From Paragordius varius (lineage: Eukaryota > Animalia > Nematomorpha), in contig OZ176058.1 in the NCBI GenBank assembly GCA_964247055.1, forward strand, positions 4,216,001 to 4,280,000: a stretch of 64,000 nucleotides of DNA, written 5' to 3'. The notes under the pieces are model-generated. The model saw only the letters and a program-made list of their open reading frames with translations, did not search any database and was not told where the DNA came from. Positions within the stretch are counted from its first letter, which is position 1, and every line of letters starts with the position of its first letter. Positions 15,001 to 30,000 of the stretch are shown piece by piece. Both the position numbers and the translations under genes were made by a program.

Positions 15001-18000
15001 TTGCCCAATAGCTTTTTAGTATTTCCAACAATCAAAAATATATTTTCAACAATCAAATAATTTTTCCAACAATCAAAATATGTTTTCGTTTAACTTTTTA
15101 GTGTTTCCAACAATCAAACATATATTTTCAACAATCAAATAATTTTTACAACAATCAAAATATGTTTCCCAATAGCTTTTTAGTGTTTCCAACAATGAAA
15201 CATATATTTTCAACAATCAAATAATTTTTCAAACAATCAAAATATGTTCCCCAATAGCTTTTTAGTATTTCCAACAATCAAACATATATTTTGAACAATC
15301 AAATAATTTTTCCAACAATCAAATTATGTTGTCTTTTAACTTTTTAGTGTTTCCAACAATCAATCATATATTTTCAACAATCAAATAATTTCCAACAAAA
15401 TATGATGCACAATAGCTTTTTAGTGTTTCTAATTTCCAACAATCAAAATTTGATTTCTTTTAACTTTTTAGTGTTTCCAACAATCAAACATATATTTTCA
15501 ACAATCAAATAATTTTTCCAACAATCTTATTATGTTGTCTTTTAACTTTTTAGTGTTTCCAACAATCAAACATATATTTTCAAGAATATAATTTTTCCAA
15601 CAATCAAAATATGTTGCCCAATAGCTTTTTAGTATTTTCAACAATCAAACATATATTTTCAACAATCAAATAATTTTTCCAACAATCAAAATATGTTTTC
15701 TTTTAACTTTTTAGTGTTTCCAACAAGCAAACATATATTTTCAACAATCTAATAAATTTTTTAACAATCAAAATATGTTGCTCAATAGCTTTTTGGTATT
15801 TCCAACAATCAAATAATTTTTCCAACAATCAAAATATGTTGTCTTTTAACTTTTTAGTGTTTCCAACAATCAAACATATATTTTCACCAATCAAATAATT
15901 TTTCCAACAATCAAAATTTGTTGCCCAATAGCTTTTTAGTATTTCGAACAATCAAACATATATTTTCAACAATCAAATATTTTTTCCAACAATCAAAATA
16001 TGTTTTCTTTTAACTTTTTAGTGTTTTCAACAATCAAACATATATTTTCAACAATCAAATAATTTTTTTAACAATCAAAATATGTTGCCCAATAGCTTTT
16101 TAGTATTTCCAACAATCAAACATATATTTTCAACAATCAAATAATTTTTCCAACAATCAAAATATGTTGTCTTTTAACTATTTAGTGTTTCCAACAATCA
16201 AACATATATTTTCAACAATCAAATAATTTTAACAATCAAAATATGTTTTCTTTTAACTTCTTAGTGTTTCCAACAATCAATCATATATTTTTAACAATCA
16301 AATAATTTTTTTAACAATTAAAATATGTTGACCAATAGCTTTTTAGTATTTCCAAAATCAAATAATTTTTCCAACAATCAAAATATGTTTTCTTTTAACT
16401 TTTTAGTGTTTCCAACAATCAAACATATATTTTCAACAATCAAATAATTTTCCAACAATAAATATGTTGCCCAATAGTTTTTCAGTGTTTCCAACAATTA
16501 AATAATTTTTTCAACAATCAAATTATGTCGTCTTTTATCTTTTTAGTGTTTCCAACAATCAGACATATATTTTCAACAATCAAATAATTTTTACAACAAT
16601 CAAAATATCTTGCCCAACAGCTTTTTAGTCTTTCCAACAATCAAACATATATTTTTAACAATCAAATAATTTTTCCAACAATCAAAATATGTTTTCTTTT
16701 AACTTTTTAGTGTTTCCAACAATGAAACATATATTTTCAACAATCAAATAATTTTTCAAATAATCAAAATATGTTGCCCAATAGCTTTTTAGTGTTTCCA
16801 ACAATCAAACATATATTTTCAACAATCAAATAATTTTTCAAACAATCAAAATATGTTGCCCAATAGCTTTTTAGTATTTGCAACAATCAAACATATATTT
16901 TCAACAATCAAATAATTTTTCCAACAATCAAAATATGTTGTCTTTTAACTATTTAGTGTTTCCAACAATCAAACATATATTTTCAACAATCAAATAATTT
17001 TAACAATCAAAATATGTTTTCTTTTAACATTTTAGTGTTTCCAACAATGAAACATATATTTTCAACAATCAAATAATTTTTCAAACAATCAAAATATGTT
17101 GCCCAATAGCTTTTTAGTGTTTCCAACAATCAAACATATATTTTCAACAATCAAATAATTTTTCAAACAATCAAAATATGTTCCCCAATAGCTTTTTAGT
17201 ATTTCCAACAATCAAACATATATTTTGAACAATCAAATAATTTTTCCAACAATCAAATTATGTTGTCTTTTAACTTTTTAGTGTTTCCAAAAATCAATCA
17301 TATATTATCAACAATCAAATAATTTCCAACAAAATATGATGCCCAATAGCTTTTTAGTGTTTCTAATTTCCAACAATCAAAATTTGATTTCTTTTAACTT
17401 TTTAGTGTTTCCAACAATCAAACATATATTTTCAACAATCAAATAATTTTTCCAACAATCAAATTATGTTGTCTTTTAACTTTTTAGTGTTTCCAACAAT
17501 TAAACATATATTTTCAACAGTCAAATAATTTTTCCAACAATCAAAATATGTTGCCCAATAGCTTTTTAGTATTTCCAACAATCAAACATATATTTTCAAC
17601 AATCAAAAAATTTTTCCAACAATCAATATATGTTTTCTTTTAACTTTTTAGTGTTTCCAACAATCAAACATATATTTTCAACAATATAATTTTTTAACAA
17701 TCAAAATATGTTGCCCATTAGCTTTTTAGTATTTCCAACAATCAAATAATTTTTCCAACAATCAAAATATGTTTTCTTTTAACTTTTTAGTGTTTCCAAC
17801 AATCAAACATATATTTTCAACAATCAAATAATTTTTCCAACAATCAAAATATGTTGCCCAATAGCTTTTTAGTATTTCCAACAATCAAACATATATTTTC
17901 AACAATCAAATAATTTTTCCAACAATCAAAATATGTTTTCTTTTAACTTTTTAGTGTTTCCAACAATCAAACATATATTTTCAACAATCAAATAATTTAT

Positions 18001-21000
18001 TTAACAATCAAAATATGTTGCCCAATAGCTTTTTAGTATTTCCAACAATCAAATAATTTTTCCAACAAACAAATTATGTTGTCTTTTAACTTTTCAGTGT
18101 TTCCAACAATCAAACATATATTTTCAACAATCAAATAATTTTCCAACAATAAATATGTTGCCCAATAGTTTTTTAGTGTTTCCAACAATTAAATAATTTT
18201 TTCAACAATCAAATTATGTTGTCTTTTACCTTTTTAGTGTTTCCAACAATCAAACATATATTTTCAACAATCAAATAATTTTTCCAACAATCAAAATATG
18301 TTGCCCAATAGCTTTTTAGTATTTCCAACAATCAAACATATATTTTCAAAAATCAAATAATTTTTTCAACAATCAAAATATGTTTTCTTTAAACTTTTTA
18401 GTGTTTCCAACAATTAAACATATATTTTCAACAATCAAATAATTTTTACAATAATCAAAATATGTTGCCCAATAGTTTTTTAGTGTTTCCAACAATCAAA
18501 CATATTTTTTCAACAATCAAATAATTTTTCAAACAATCAAAATATGTTGCCCAATAGCTTTTTAGTATTTCCAACAATCAAACATATATTTTCAACAATC
18601 AAATATTTTTTCCAACAGTCAAAATATGTTGCCCAATAGCTTTTTAGTATTTCCAACAATCAAACATATATTTTCAACAATCAAATAATTTTTCCAACAA
18701 TCAAAATATGTTGCCCAATAGCTTTTTAGTATTTCCAACAATCAAACATATATTTTCAACAATCAAATAATTTTTCCAACAATCAAAATATGTTTTCTTT
18801 TAACTTTTTAGTGTTTCCAACAATCAAACATATATTTTCAACAATCAAATAATTTTTTTAACAATCAAAATATGTTGCCCAATAGCTTTTTAGTATTTCC
18901 AACAATCAAATAATTTTTCCCACAATCAAAATATGTTTTCTTTTAACTTTTTAGTGTTTCCAACAATCAAACATATATTTTCAGCAATCAAATAATTTTC
19001 CAACAATAAATATGTTGCCCAATAGTTTTTTACTGTTTCCAACAATTAAATAATTTTTTCAACAATCAAATTATGGTGTCTTTTAACTTTTTAGTGTTTC
19101 CAACAATCAAACATATATTTTCAACAATCAAATAATTTTTCCAACAATCAAATATGTTGCCCAATAGCTTTTTAGTATTTCCAACAATCAAACATATATT
19201 TTCAACAATCAAATATTTTTTCCAACAATCAAAATATGTTTTCTAATAACTTTTTAGTGTTCCAACAATCAAACATATATTTTCAACAATCAAATAATTT
19301 TTCAAACAATCAAAATATGTTGCCCAATAACTTTTTAGTGTTTCCAACAATCAAACATATATTTTCAAAAATCAAATAATTTTTCAAACAATCAAAATAT
19401 GTTGCCCAATATTTTTAGTATTTCCAACAATCAAACATATATTTTCAACAATCAAATAATTTTTCCAACAATCAAATTATGTTGTCTTTCACTCTTTAGT
19501 GTTTTCAACAATCAATCATATATTTTCAACAATCAAATAATTTCTCCAACAATCAAAATATGATGCCCAATAACTTTTTAGTGTTTCCAACAATGAAACA
19601 TATATTTTCAATAATCAAATAATTTTTCAAACAATCAAAATATGTTGCCCAATAGCTTTTTAGTGTTTCCTACAATCAAACATATATTTTCAACAATCAA
19701 TTAATTTTTCAAACAATGAAAATATGTTGCCCAATAGCTTTTTAGTATTTCCAACAATCAATCATATATTTTCAACAATCAAATAATTTCTCCAACAATC
19801 AAAATATGATGCCCAATAACTTTTTAGTGTTTCCAACAATGAAACATATATTTTCAACAATCAAATAATTTTTCAAACAATCAAAATATGTTGCCCAATA
19901 GCTTTTTAGTGTTTCCAACAATCAAACATATATTTTCAACAATCAAATAATTTTTTTAACAATCAAAATATGTTGCCCAATAGCTTTTTAGTATTTCCAA
20001 CAATCAAAATATGTTTTCTTTTAACTTTTTAGTGTTTCCAACAATCAAACATATATTTTCAACAATCAAATAAATTTTTTAACAAAAATATGTTGCTCAA
20101 TAGCTTTTTAGTATTTCCAACAATCAAATAACTTTTCCAACAATCAAAATATGTTTTCTTTTAACTTTTTAGTGTTTCCAACAATCAAACATATATTTTC
20201 AACAATCAAATAATTTTTCCAACAATCAAAATATGTTGCCCAATAGCTTTTTAGTATTTCCAACAATCAAACATACATTTTCAACAATCAAATAATTTTT
20301 CCAACAATCAAAATATGTTTTCTTTTAACTTTTTAGTGTTTCCAACAATCAAACATATATTTTCAACAATCAAATAAATTTTTTAACAAAAATATGTTGC
20401 TCAATAGCTTTTTAGTATTTCCAACAATCAAATAATTTTTCCAACAATCAAAATATGTTTTCTTTTAACTTTTTAGTGTTTCCAACAATCAAACATATAT
20501 TTTCAACAATCAAATAATTTTTCCAACAATCAAAATATGTTGCCCAATAGCTTTTTAGTATTTCCAACAATCAAACATATATTTTCAACAATCAAATAAT
20601 TTTGCCAACAATCAAAATATGTTTTCTTTTAACTTTTTAGTGTTTTCAACAATCAAACATATATTTTCAACAATCAAATAATTTTTTTAACAATCAAAAT
20701 ATGTTGCCCAATAGCTTTTTAGTATTTCCAACAATCAAACATATATTTTCAACAATCAAATATTTTTTCCAACAATCAAAATATGTTGTCTTTTAACTAT
20801 TTAGTGTTTTCAAAAATCAAACATATATTTTCAACAATCAAATAATTTTAACAATCAAAATATGTTTTCTTTTAACTTTTTAGTGTTTCCAACAATCAAT
20901 CATATATTTTTAACAATCAAATAATTATTTTAACCATTAAAATATGTTGAGCAATAGCTATTTAGTATTTCCATCAATCAAATAATTTTTCCAACAATCA

Positions 21001-24000
21001 AAATATGTTTTCTTTTAACTTTTTAGTGTTTCCAACAATCAAACATATATTTTCAACAATCAAATAATTTTCCAACAATAAATATGTTGCCCAATAGTTT
21101 TTCAGTGTTTTCAACAATTAAATAATTTTTTCAACAATCAAATTATGTTGTCTTTTATCTTTTTTTCCAACAATCAAACATATATTTTCAACAATCAAAT
21201 AATTTTTCCAACAATCAAAATATGTTGCCCAACAGCTTTTTAGTTTTTGCAACAATCAAACATATATTTTTAACAATCAAATAATTTTTCCAACAATCAA
21301 AATATGTTTTCTTTTAACTTTTTAGTGTTTCCAACAATCAAACATATATTTTCAACAATCAAATAATTTTCCAACAATAAATATGTTGCCCAATAGTTTT
21401 TTACTGTTTCCAACAATTAAATAATTTTTTCAACAATCAAATTATGTTGTCTTTTAACTTTTTAGTGTTTCCAACAATCAAACATATATTTTCAACAATC
21501 AAATAATTTTTCCAACAATCAAATATGTTGCCCAATAGCTTTTTAGTAATTTTAACAATCATATATTTTCAACAATCAAATAATTTTTCCAACAATCAAA
21601 ATATGTTGCCCAATAGCTTTTTAGTATTTCCAACAATCAAATAATTTTTCCAACAATCAAAATATGTTTTCTTTTAACTTTTTAGTGTTTCCAACAATCA
21701 AACATATATTTTCAACAAATAAATAATTTTTTTAACAATCAAAATATGTTGCCCAATAGCTTTTTAGTATTTCCAACAATCAAATAATTTTTCCAACAAT
21801 CAAAATATGTTTTCTTTTAACTTTTTAGTGTTTCCAACAATCAAACATATATTTTCAACAATCAAATAAATTTTCCAACAATCAAAATATGTTGCCCAAT
21901 AGCTTTTTAGTATTTCCAACAATCAAACATATATTTTCAACAATCAAATAATTTTTCCAACATTCAAAATATGTTTTCTTTTAACTTTTTAGTGTTTCCA
22001 ACAATCAAACTATATTTTCAACAATCAAATAATTTTTACAACAATCAAAATATGTTGCCCAATAGCTTTTTAGTAATTCCAACAATCAAATAATTTTTCC
22101 AACAATCAAAATATGTTTTCTTTTAACTTTTTAGTGTTTCCAACAATCAAACATATATTTTCAACAAATAAATAATTTTTTTAACAATCAAAATATGTTG
22201 CCCAACAGCTTTTTAGTCTTTCCAACAATCAAACATATATTTTCAACAATCAAATAATTTTTCCAACAATCAAAATATGTTTCCTTTTAACTTTTTAGTG
22301 TTTCCAACAATCAAACATATATTTTCAACAATCAAATAATTTTTACAACAATCAAAATATATTGCCCAATAGCTTTTTAGTAATTCCAACAATCAAATAA
22401 TTTTTCCAACAATCAAAATATGTTGTATTTTAACTTTTTAGTGTTTCCAACAATCAATCATATATTTTCAACAATCAAATAATTTCCAACAAAATATGTT
22501 TTCTTTAAACTTTTTAGTGTTTCCAACAATCAAACATATATTTTCAACAATCAAATAATTTTTTTAACAATCAAAATAAGTTGCCCAATAGCTTTTTAGT
22601 ATTTCCCACAATCAAATAATTTTTTTAACAATCAAAATATGTTTTCTTTTAACTTTTTAGTGTTTCCAACAATCAAACATATATTTTCAACAATCAAATA
22701 ATTTTTCCAACAATCAAAATATGTTGCCCAATAGCTTTTTAGTATTTCCAACAATCAAACATATATTTTCAACAATCAAATAATTTTTCCAACAATCAAA
22801 ATATGTTTACTTTTAACTTTTTAGTGTTTTCAACAATCAAACATATATTTTCAACAATCAAATAATTTTAACAATCAAAATATGTTGCCCAATAGCTTTT
22901 TAGTATTTCCAACAATCAAACATATATTTTCAACAATCAAATAATTTTTCCAACAATCAAAATATGTTGTCTTTTAACTATTTAGTGTTTCCAACAATCA
23001 AACATATATTTTCAACAATCAAATAATTTTTTTAACAATCAAAATATGTTGCCCAATAGCTTTTTAGTATTTCCAACAATCAAACATATATTTTCAACAA
23101 TCAAATAATTTTTCCAACAATCAAAATATGTTGTCTTTTAACTATTTAGTGTTTCCAACAATCAAACATATATTTTCAACAATCAAATAATTTTAACAAT
23201 CAAAATATGTTTTCTTTTAACTTTTTAATGTTTCCAACAATCAATCATATATTTTTAACAATCAAATAATTTTTTTAACAATTAAAATATGTTGACCAAT
23301 AGCTTTTTAGTATTTCCAACAATCAAATAATTTTTCCAACAATCAAAATATGTTTTCTTTTAACTTTTTAGTGTTTCCAACAATCAAACATATATTTTCA
23401 ACAATCAAATAATTTTCCAACAATAAATATGTTGCCCAATAGTTTTTCAGTGTTTCCCACAATTAAATAATTTTTTCAACAATCAAATTATGTTGTCTTT
23501 TATCTTTTTAGTGTTTCCAACAATCAAACATATATTTTCAACAATCAAATAATTTTTACAACAATCAAAATATGTTGCCCAATAGCTTTTTAGTGTTTCT
23601 AACAATGAAACATATATTTTCAACAATCATTTTTCAAACAATCAAAATATGTTGCCCAATAGCTTTTTAGTGTTTCCAACAATCAAACATATATTTTCAA
23701 CAATCAAATAATTTTTCAAACAATCAAAATATGTTCCCCAATAGCTTTTTAGTATTTCCAACAATCAAACATATATTTTCAACAATCAAATAATTTTTCC
23801 AACAATCAAATTATGTTGTCTTTTAACTTTTTAGTGTTTCCAACAATCAATCATATATTTTCAACAAAATAATTTCCAACAAAATATGATGCCCAATAGC
23901 TTTTTAGTGTTTCTAATTTCCAACAATCAAAATTTGATTTCTTTTAACTTTTTAGTGTTTCCAACACTCAAACATATATTTCAACAATCAAATAATTTTC

Positions 24001-27000
24001 CCAACAATCTTATTATGTTGTCTTTTAACTTTTTAGTGTTTCCAACAATCAAACATATATTTTCAAGAATCAAATATTTTTTCCAACAATCAAAATATGT
24101 TCCCCAATAGCTTTTTAGGATTTCCAACAATCAAATAATTTTTCCAACAATCAAAATATGTTTTCTTTTAACTTTTTAGTGTTTCCAACAATCAAACATA
24201 TATTTTCAACAATCAAATAATTTTTCCAACAATCAAAATATGTTGCCCAATAGCTTTTTAGTATTTCCAACAATCAAACATATATTTTCAACAATCAAAT
24301 AATTTTTCCAACAATCAAAATATGTTTTCTTTTAACTTTTTAGTGTTTCCAACAATCAAACATATATTTTCAACAATCAAATAATTTATTTAACTATCAA
24401 AATATGTTGCCCAATAGCTTTTTAGTATTTCCGACAATCAAATAATTTTTCCAACAATCAAATTATGTTGTCTTTTAACTTTTCAGTGTTTCCAACAATC
24501 AATCATATATTTTCAACAATCAAATAATTTCCAACAAAATAAGATGCCCAATAGCTTTTTAGTGTTATTAATTTACAACAATCAAAATTTGATTTCTTTT
24601 AACTTTTTAGTGTTTCCAACAATCAAACATATATTTTCAACAATCAAATAATTTTTCCAACAATCAAATTATGTTGTCTTTTAACTTTTTAGTGTTTCCA
24701 ACAATCGATCATACATTTTCGACAATCAAATAATTTCTCCAACAATCAAAATATGTTGCCCAATAGTTTTTTAGTGTTTCCAACAATTAAATAATTCTTT
24801 CAACAATCAAATTATGTTGTCTTTTTACTTTTTAGTGTTTTCAACAATCAAACATATATTTTCAACAATCAAATAATTTTCCAACAATAAATATGTTGCC
24901 CAATAATTTTTTAGTTCCAACAATTAAATAATTTTTTCAACAATCAAATTATGTTGTCTTTTAACTTTTTAGTGTTTCCAACAATCAAACATATATTTTC
25001 AACAATCAAATAATTTTTCCAACAATCAAAATATGTTGCCCAATAGCTTTTTAGTATTTCCAACAATCAAACATATATTTTCAACAATCAAATAATTTTT
25101 TCAACAATCAAAATATGTTTTCTTTAAACTTTTTAGTGTTTCTAACAATTAAACATATATTTTCAACAATCAAATAATTTTTACAACAATCAAAATATGT
25201 TGCCCAATAGTTTTTTAGTGTTTCCAACAATCAAACATATTTTTTCAACAATCAAATAATTTTTCAAACAATCGAAATATGTTGCCCAATAGCTTTTTAG
25301 TATTTCCAACAATCAAACATATATTTTCAACAATCAAATAATTTTTCCAACAGTCAAAATATGTTGCCCAATAGCTTTTTAGTATTTCCAACAATCAAAC
25401 ATATATTTTCAACAATCAAATAATTTTTCCAACAATCAATATGTTTTCTTTTAACTTTTTAGTGTTTCCAACAATCAAACATATTTTTTCAACAATCAAA
25501 TAATTTTTTTAACAATCAAAATATGTTGCCCAATAGCTTTTTAGTATTTCCAACAATCAAATAATTTTTCCAACAATCAAAATATGTTTTCTTTTAACTT
25601 TTTAGTGTTTCCAACAATCAAACATATATTTTCAGCAATCAAATAATTTTCCAACAATAAATATGTTGCCCAATAGTTTTTTACTGTTTCCAACAATTAA
25701 ATAATTTTTTCAACAATCAAATTATGGTGTCTTTTAACTTTTTAGTGTTTCCAACAATCAAACATATATTTTCAACAATCAAATAATTTTTCCAACAATC
25801 AAATATGTTGCCCAATAGCTTTTTAGTATTTCCAACAATCAAACATATATTTTCAACAATCAAATAATTTTTCCAACAATCAAAATATGTTTTCTAATAA
25901 CTTTTTAGTGTTTCCAACAATCAAACATATATTTTCAACAATCAAATAATTTTTCAAACAATCAAAATATGTTGCCCAATAACTTTTTAGTGTTTCCAAC
26001 AATCAAACATATATTTTCAAAAATCAAATAATTTTTCAAACAATCAAAATATGTTGCCCAATAGCTTTTTAGTATTTCCAACAATCAAACATATATTTTC
26101 AACAATCAAATAATTTTTCCAACAATCAAATTATGTTGTCTTTCACTTTTAGTGTTTTCAACAATCAATCATATATTTTCAACAATCAAATAATTTCTCC
26201 AACAATCAAAATATGATGCCCAATAACTTTTTAGTGTTTCCAACAATGAAACATATATTTTCAACAATCAAATAATTTTTCAAACAATCAAAATATGTTG
26301 CCCAATAGCTTTTTAATTTCCTACAATCAAACATATATTTTCAACAATCAAAAAATTTTTCAAACAATGAAAATATGTTGCCCAATAGCTTTTTAGTATT
26401 TCCAACAATCAAACATATATTTTCAACAATCAAATAATTTTTCCAACAATCAAAATATGTTGCCCAATAGCTTTTTAGTACTTCCAACAATCAAACATAT
26501 ATTTTCAACAATCAAATAATTTTTCAAACAATCAAAATATGTTGCCCAATAGCTTTTTAGTCAACAATCAAACATATATTTTCAACAATCAAATAATTTT
26601 TCCAACAGTCAAAATATGTTGCCCAATAGCTTTTTAGTATTTCCAACAATCAAACATATATTTTCAACAATCAAATAATTTTTCCAACAATCAATATGTT
26701 TTCTTTTAACTTTTTAGTGTTTCCAACAATCAAACATATATTTTCAACAATCAAATAATTTTTTTAACAATCAAAATATGTTGCCCAATAGCTTTTTAGT
26801 ATTTCTTACAATCAAACATATATTTTCAGCAATCAAATAATTTTTCCAACAATCAAAAATGTTGCCCAATAGCTTTTTAGTACTTCCAACAATCAAATAA
26901 TTTTTCCAACAATCAAATAATTTTTCCAACAATCAAAATATGTTTTCTTTTAACTTTTTAGTGTTTCCAACAATCAAACATATATTTTCAACAATCAAAT

Positions 27001-30000
27001 AAATTTTTTAACAAAAATATGTTGCTCAATAGCTTTTTAGTATTTCCAACAATCAAATAACTTTTCCAACAATCAAAATATGTTTTCTTTTAACTTTTTA
27101 GTGTTTCCAACAATCAAACATATATTTTCAACAATCAAATAATTTTTCCAACAATCAAAATATGTTGCCCAATAGCTTTTTAGTATTTCCAACAATCAAA
27201 CATACATTTTCAACAATCAAATAATTTTTCCAACAATCAAAATATGTTTTCTTTTAACTTTTTAGTGTTTCCAACAATCAAACATATATTTTCAACAATC
27301 AAATAAATTTTTTAACAAAAATATGTTGCTCAATAGCTTTTTAGTATTTCCAACAATCAAATAATTTTTCCAACAATCAAAATATGTTTTCTTTTAACTT
27401 TTTAGTGTTTCCAACAATCAAACATATATTTTCAACAATCAAATAATTTTTCCAACAATCAAAATATGTTGCCCAATAGCTTTTTAGTATTTCCAACAAT
27501 CAAACATATATTTTCAACAATCAAATAATTTTTCCAACAATCAAAATATGTTTTCTTTTAACTTTTTAGTGTTTTCAACAATCAAACATATATTTTCAAC
27601 AATCAAATAATTTTTTTAACAATCAAAATATGTTGCCCAATAGCTTTTTAGTATTTCCAACAATCAAACATATATTTTCAACAATCAAATATTTTTTCCA
27701 ACAATCAAAATATGTTGTCTTTTAACTATTTAGTGTTTTCAAAAATCAAACATATATTTTCAACAATCAAATAATTTTAACAATCAAAATATGTTTTCTT
27801 TTAACTTTTTAGTGTTTCCAACAATCAATCATATATTTTTAACAATCAAATAATTATTTTAACAATTAAAATATGTTGACCAATAGCTATTTAGTATTTC
27901 CATCAATCAAATAATTTTTCCAACAATCAAAATATGTTTTCTTTTAACTTTTTAGTGTTTCCAACAATCAAACATATATTTTCAACAATCAAATAATTTT
28001 CCAACAATAAATATGTTGCCCAATAGTTTTTCAGTGTTTTCAACAATTAAATAATTTTTTCAACAATCAAATTATGTTGTCTTTTATCTTTTTTTCCAAC
28101 AATCAAACATATATTTTCAACAATCAAATAATTTTTCCAACAATCAAAATATGTTGCCCAACAGCTTTTTAGTTTTTGCAACAATCAAACATATATTTTT
28201 AACAATCAAATAATTTTTCCAACAATCAAAATATGTTTTCTTTTAACTTTTTAGTGTTTCCAACAATCAAACATATATTTTCAACAATCAAATAATTTTC
28301 CAACAATAAATATGTTGCCCAATAGTTTTTTACTGTTTCCAACAATTAAATAATTTTTTCAACAATCAAATTATGTTGTCTTTTAACTTTTTAGTGTTTC
28401 CAACAATCAAACATATATTTTCAACAATCAAATAATTTTTCCAACAATCAAATATGTTGCCCAATAGCTTTTTAGTAATTTTAACAATCATATATTTTCA
28501 ACAATCAAATAATTTTTCCAACAATCAAAATATGTTGCCCAATAGCTTTTTAGTACTTCCAACAATCAAATAATTTTTCCAACAATCAAAATATGTTTTC
28601 TTTTAACTTTTTAGTGTTTCCAACAATCAAACATATATTTTCAACAAATAAATAATTTTTTTAACAATCAAAATATGTTGCCCAATAGCTTTTTAGTATT
28701 TCCAACAATCAAATAATTTTTCCAACAATCAAAATATGTTTTCTTTTAACTTTTTAGTGTTTCCAACAATCAAACATATATTTTCAACAATCAAATAAAT
28801 TTTCCAACAATCAAAATATGTTGCCCAATAGCTTTTTAGTATTTCCAACAATCAAACATATATTTTCAACAATCAAATAATTTTTCCAACAATCAAAATA
28901 TGTTTTCTTTTAACTTTTTAGTGTTTCCAACAATCAAACATATATTTTCAACAATCAAATAATTTTTACAACAATCAAAATATGTTGCCCAATAGCTTTT
29001 TAGTAATTCCAACAATCAAATAATTTTTCCAACAATCAAAATATGTTTTCTTTTAACTTTTTAGTGTTTCCAACAATCAAACATATATTTTCAACAAATA
29101 AATAATTTTTTTAACAATCAAAATATGTTGCCCAATAGCTTTTTAGTATTTCCAACAATCAAATAATTTTTCCAACAATCAAAATATGTTTTCTTTTATC
29201 TTTTTAGTGTTTCCAACAATCAAACATATAAACAATCAAATAATTTTTCCAACAATCAAAATATGTTGCCCAACAGCTTTTTAGTCTTTCCAACAATCAA
29301 ACATATATTTTCAACAATCAAATAATTTTTCCAACAATCAAAATATGTTTTCTTTTAACTTTTTAGTGTTTCCAACAATCAAACATATATTTTCAACAAT
29401 CAAATAATTTTTACAACAATCAAAATATGTTGCCCAATAGCTTTTTAGTAATTCCAACAATCAAATAATTTTTCCAACAATCAAAATATGTTGTATTTTA
29501 ACTTTTTAGTGTTTCCAACAATCAATCATATATTTTCAAATCAAATAATTTCCAACAAAATATGTTTTCTTTAAACTTTTTAGTGTTTCCAACAATCAAA
29601 CATATATTTTCAACAATCAAATAATTTTTTTAACAATCAAAATAAGTTGCCCAATAGCTTTTTAGTATTTCCAACAATCAAATAATTTTTCCAACAATCA
29701 AAATATGTTTTCTTTTAACTTTTTAGTTCTTCCAACAATCAAACATATATTTTCAACAATCAAATAATTTTTCCAACAATCAAAATATCTTGCCCAATAG
29801 CTTTTTAGTATTTCCAACAATCAAACATATATTTTCAACAATCAAATAATTTTTCCAACAATCAAAATATGTTTACTTTTAATTTTTAGTGTTTTCAACA
29901 ATCAAACATATATTTTCAACAATCAAATAATTTTTTTAACAATCAAAATATGTTGCCCAATAGCTTTTTAGTATTTCCAACAATCAAACATATATTTTCA

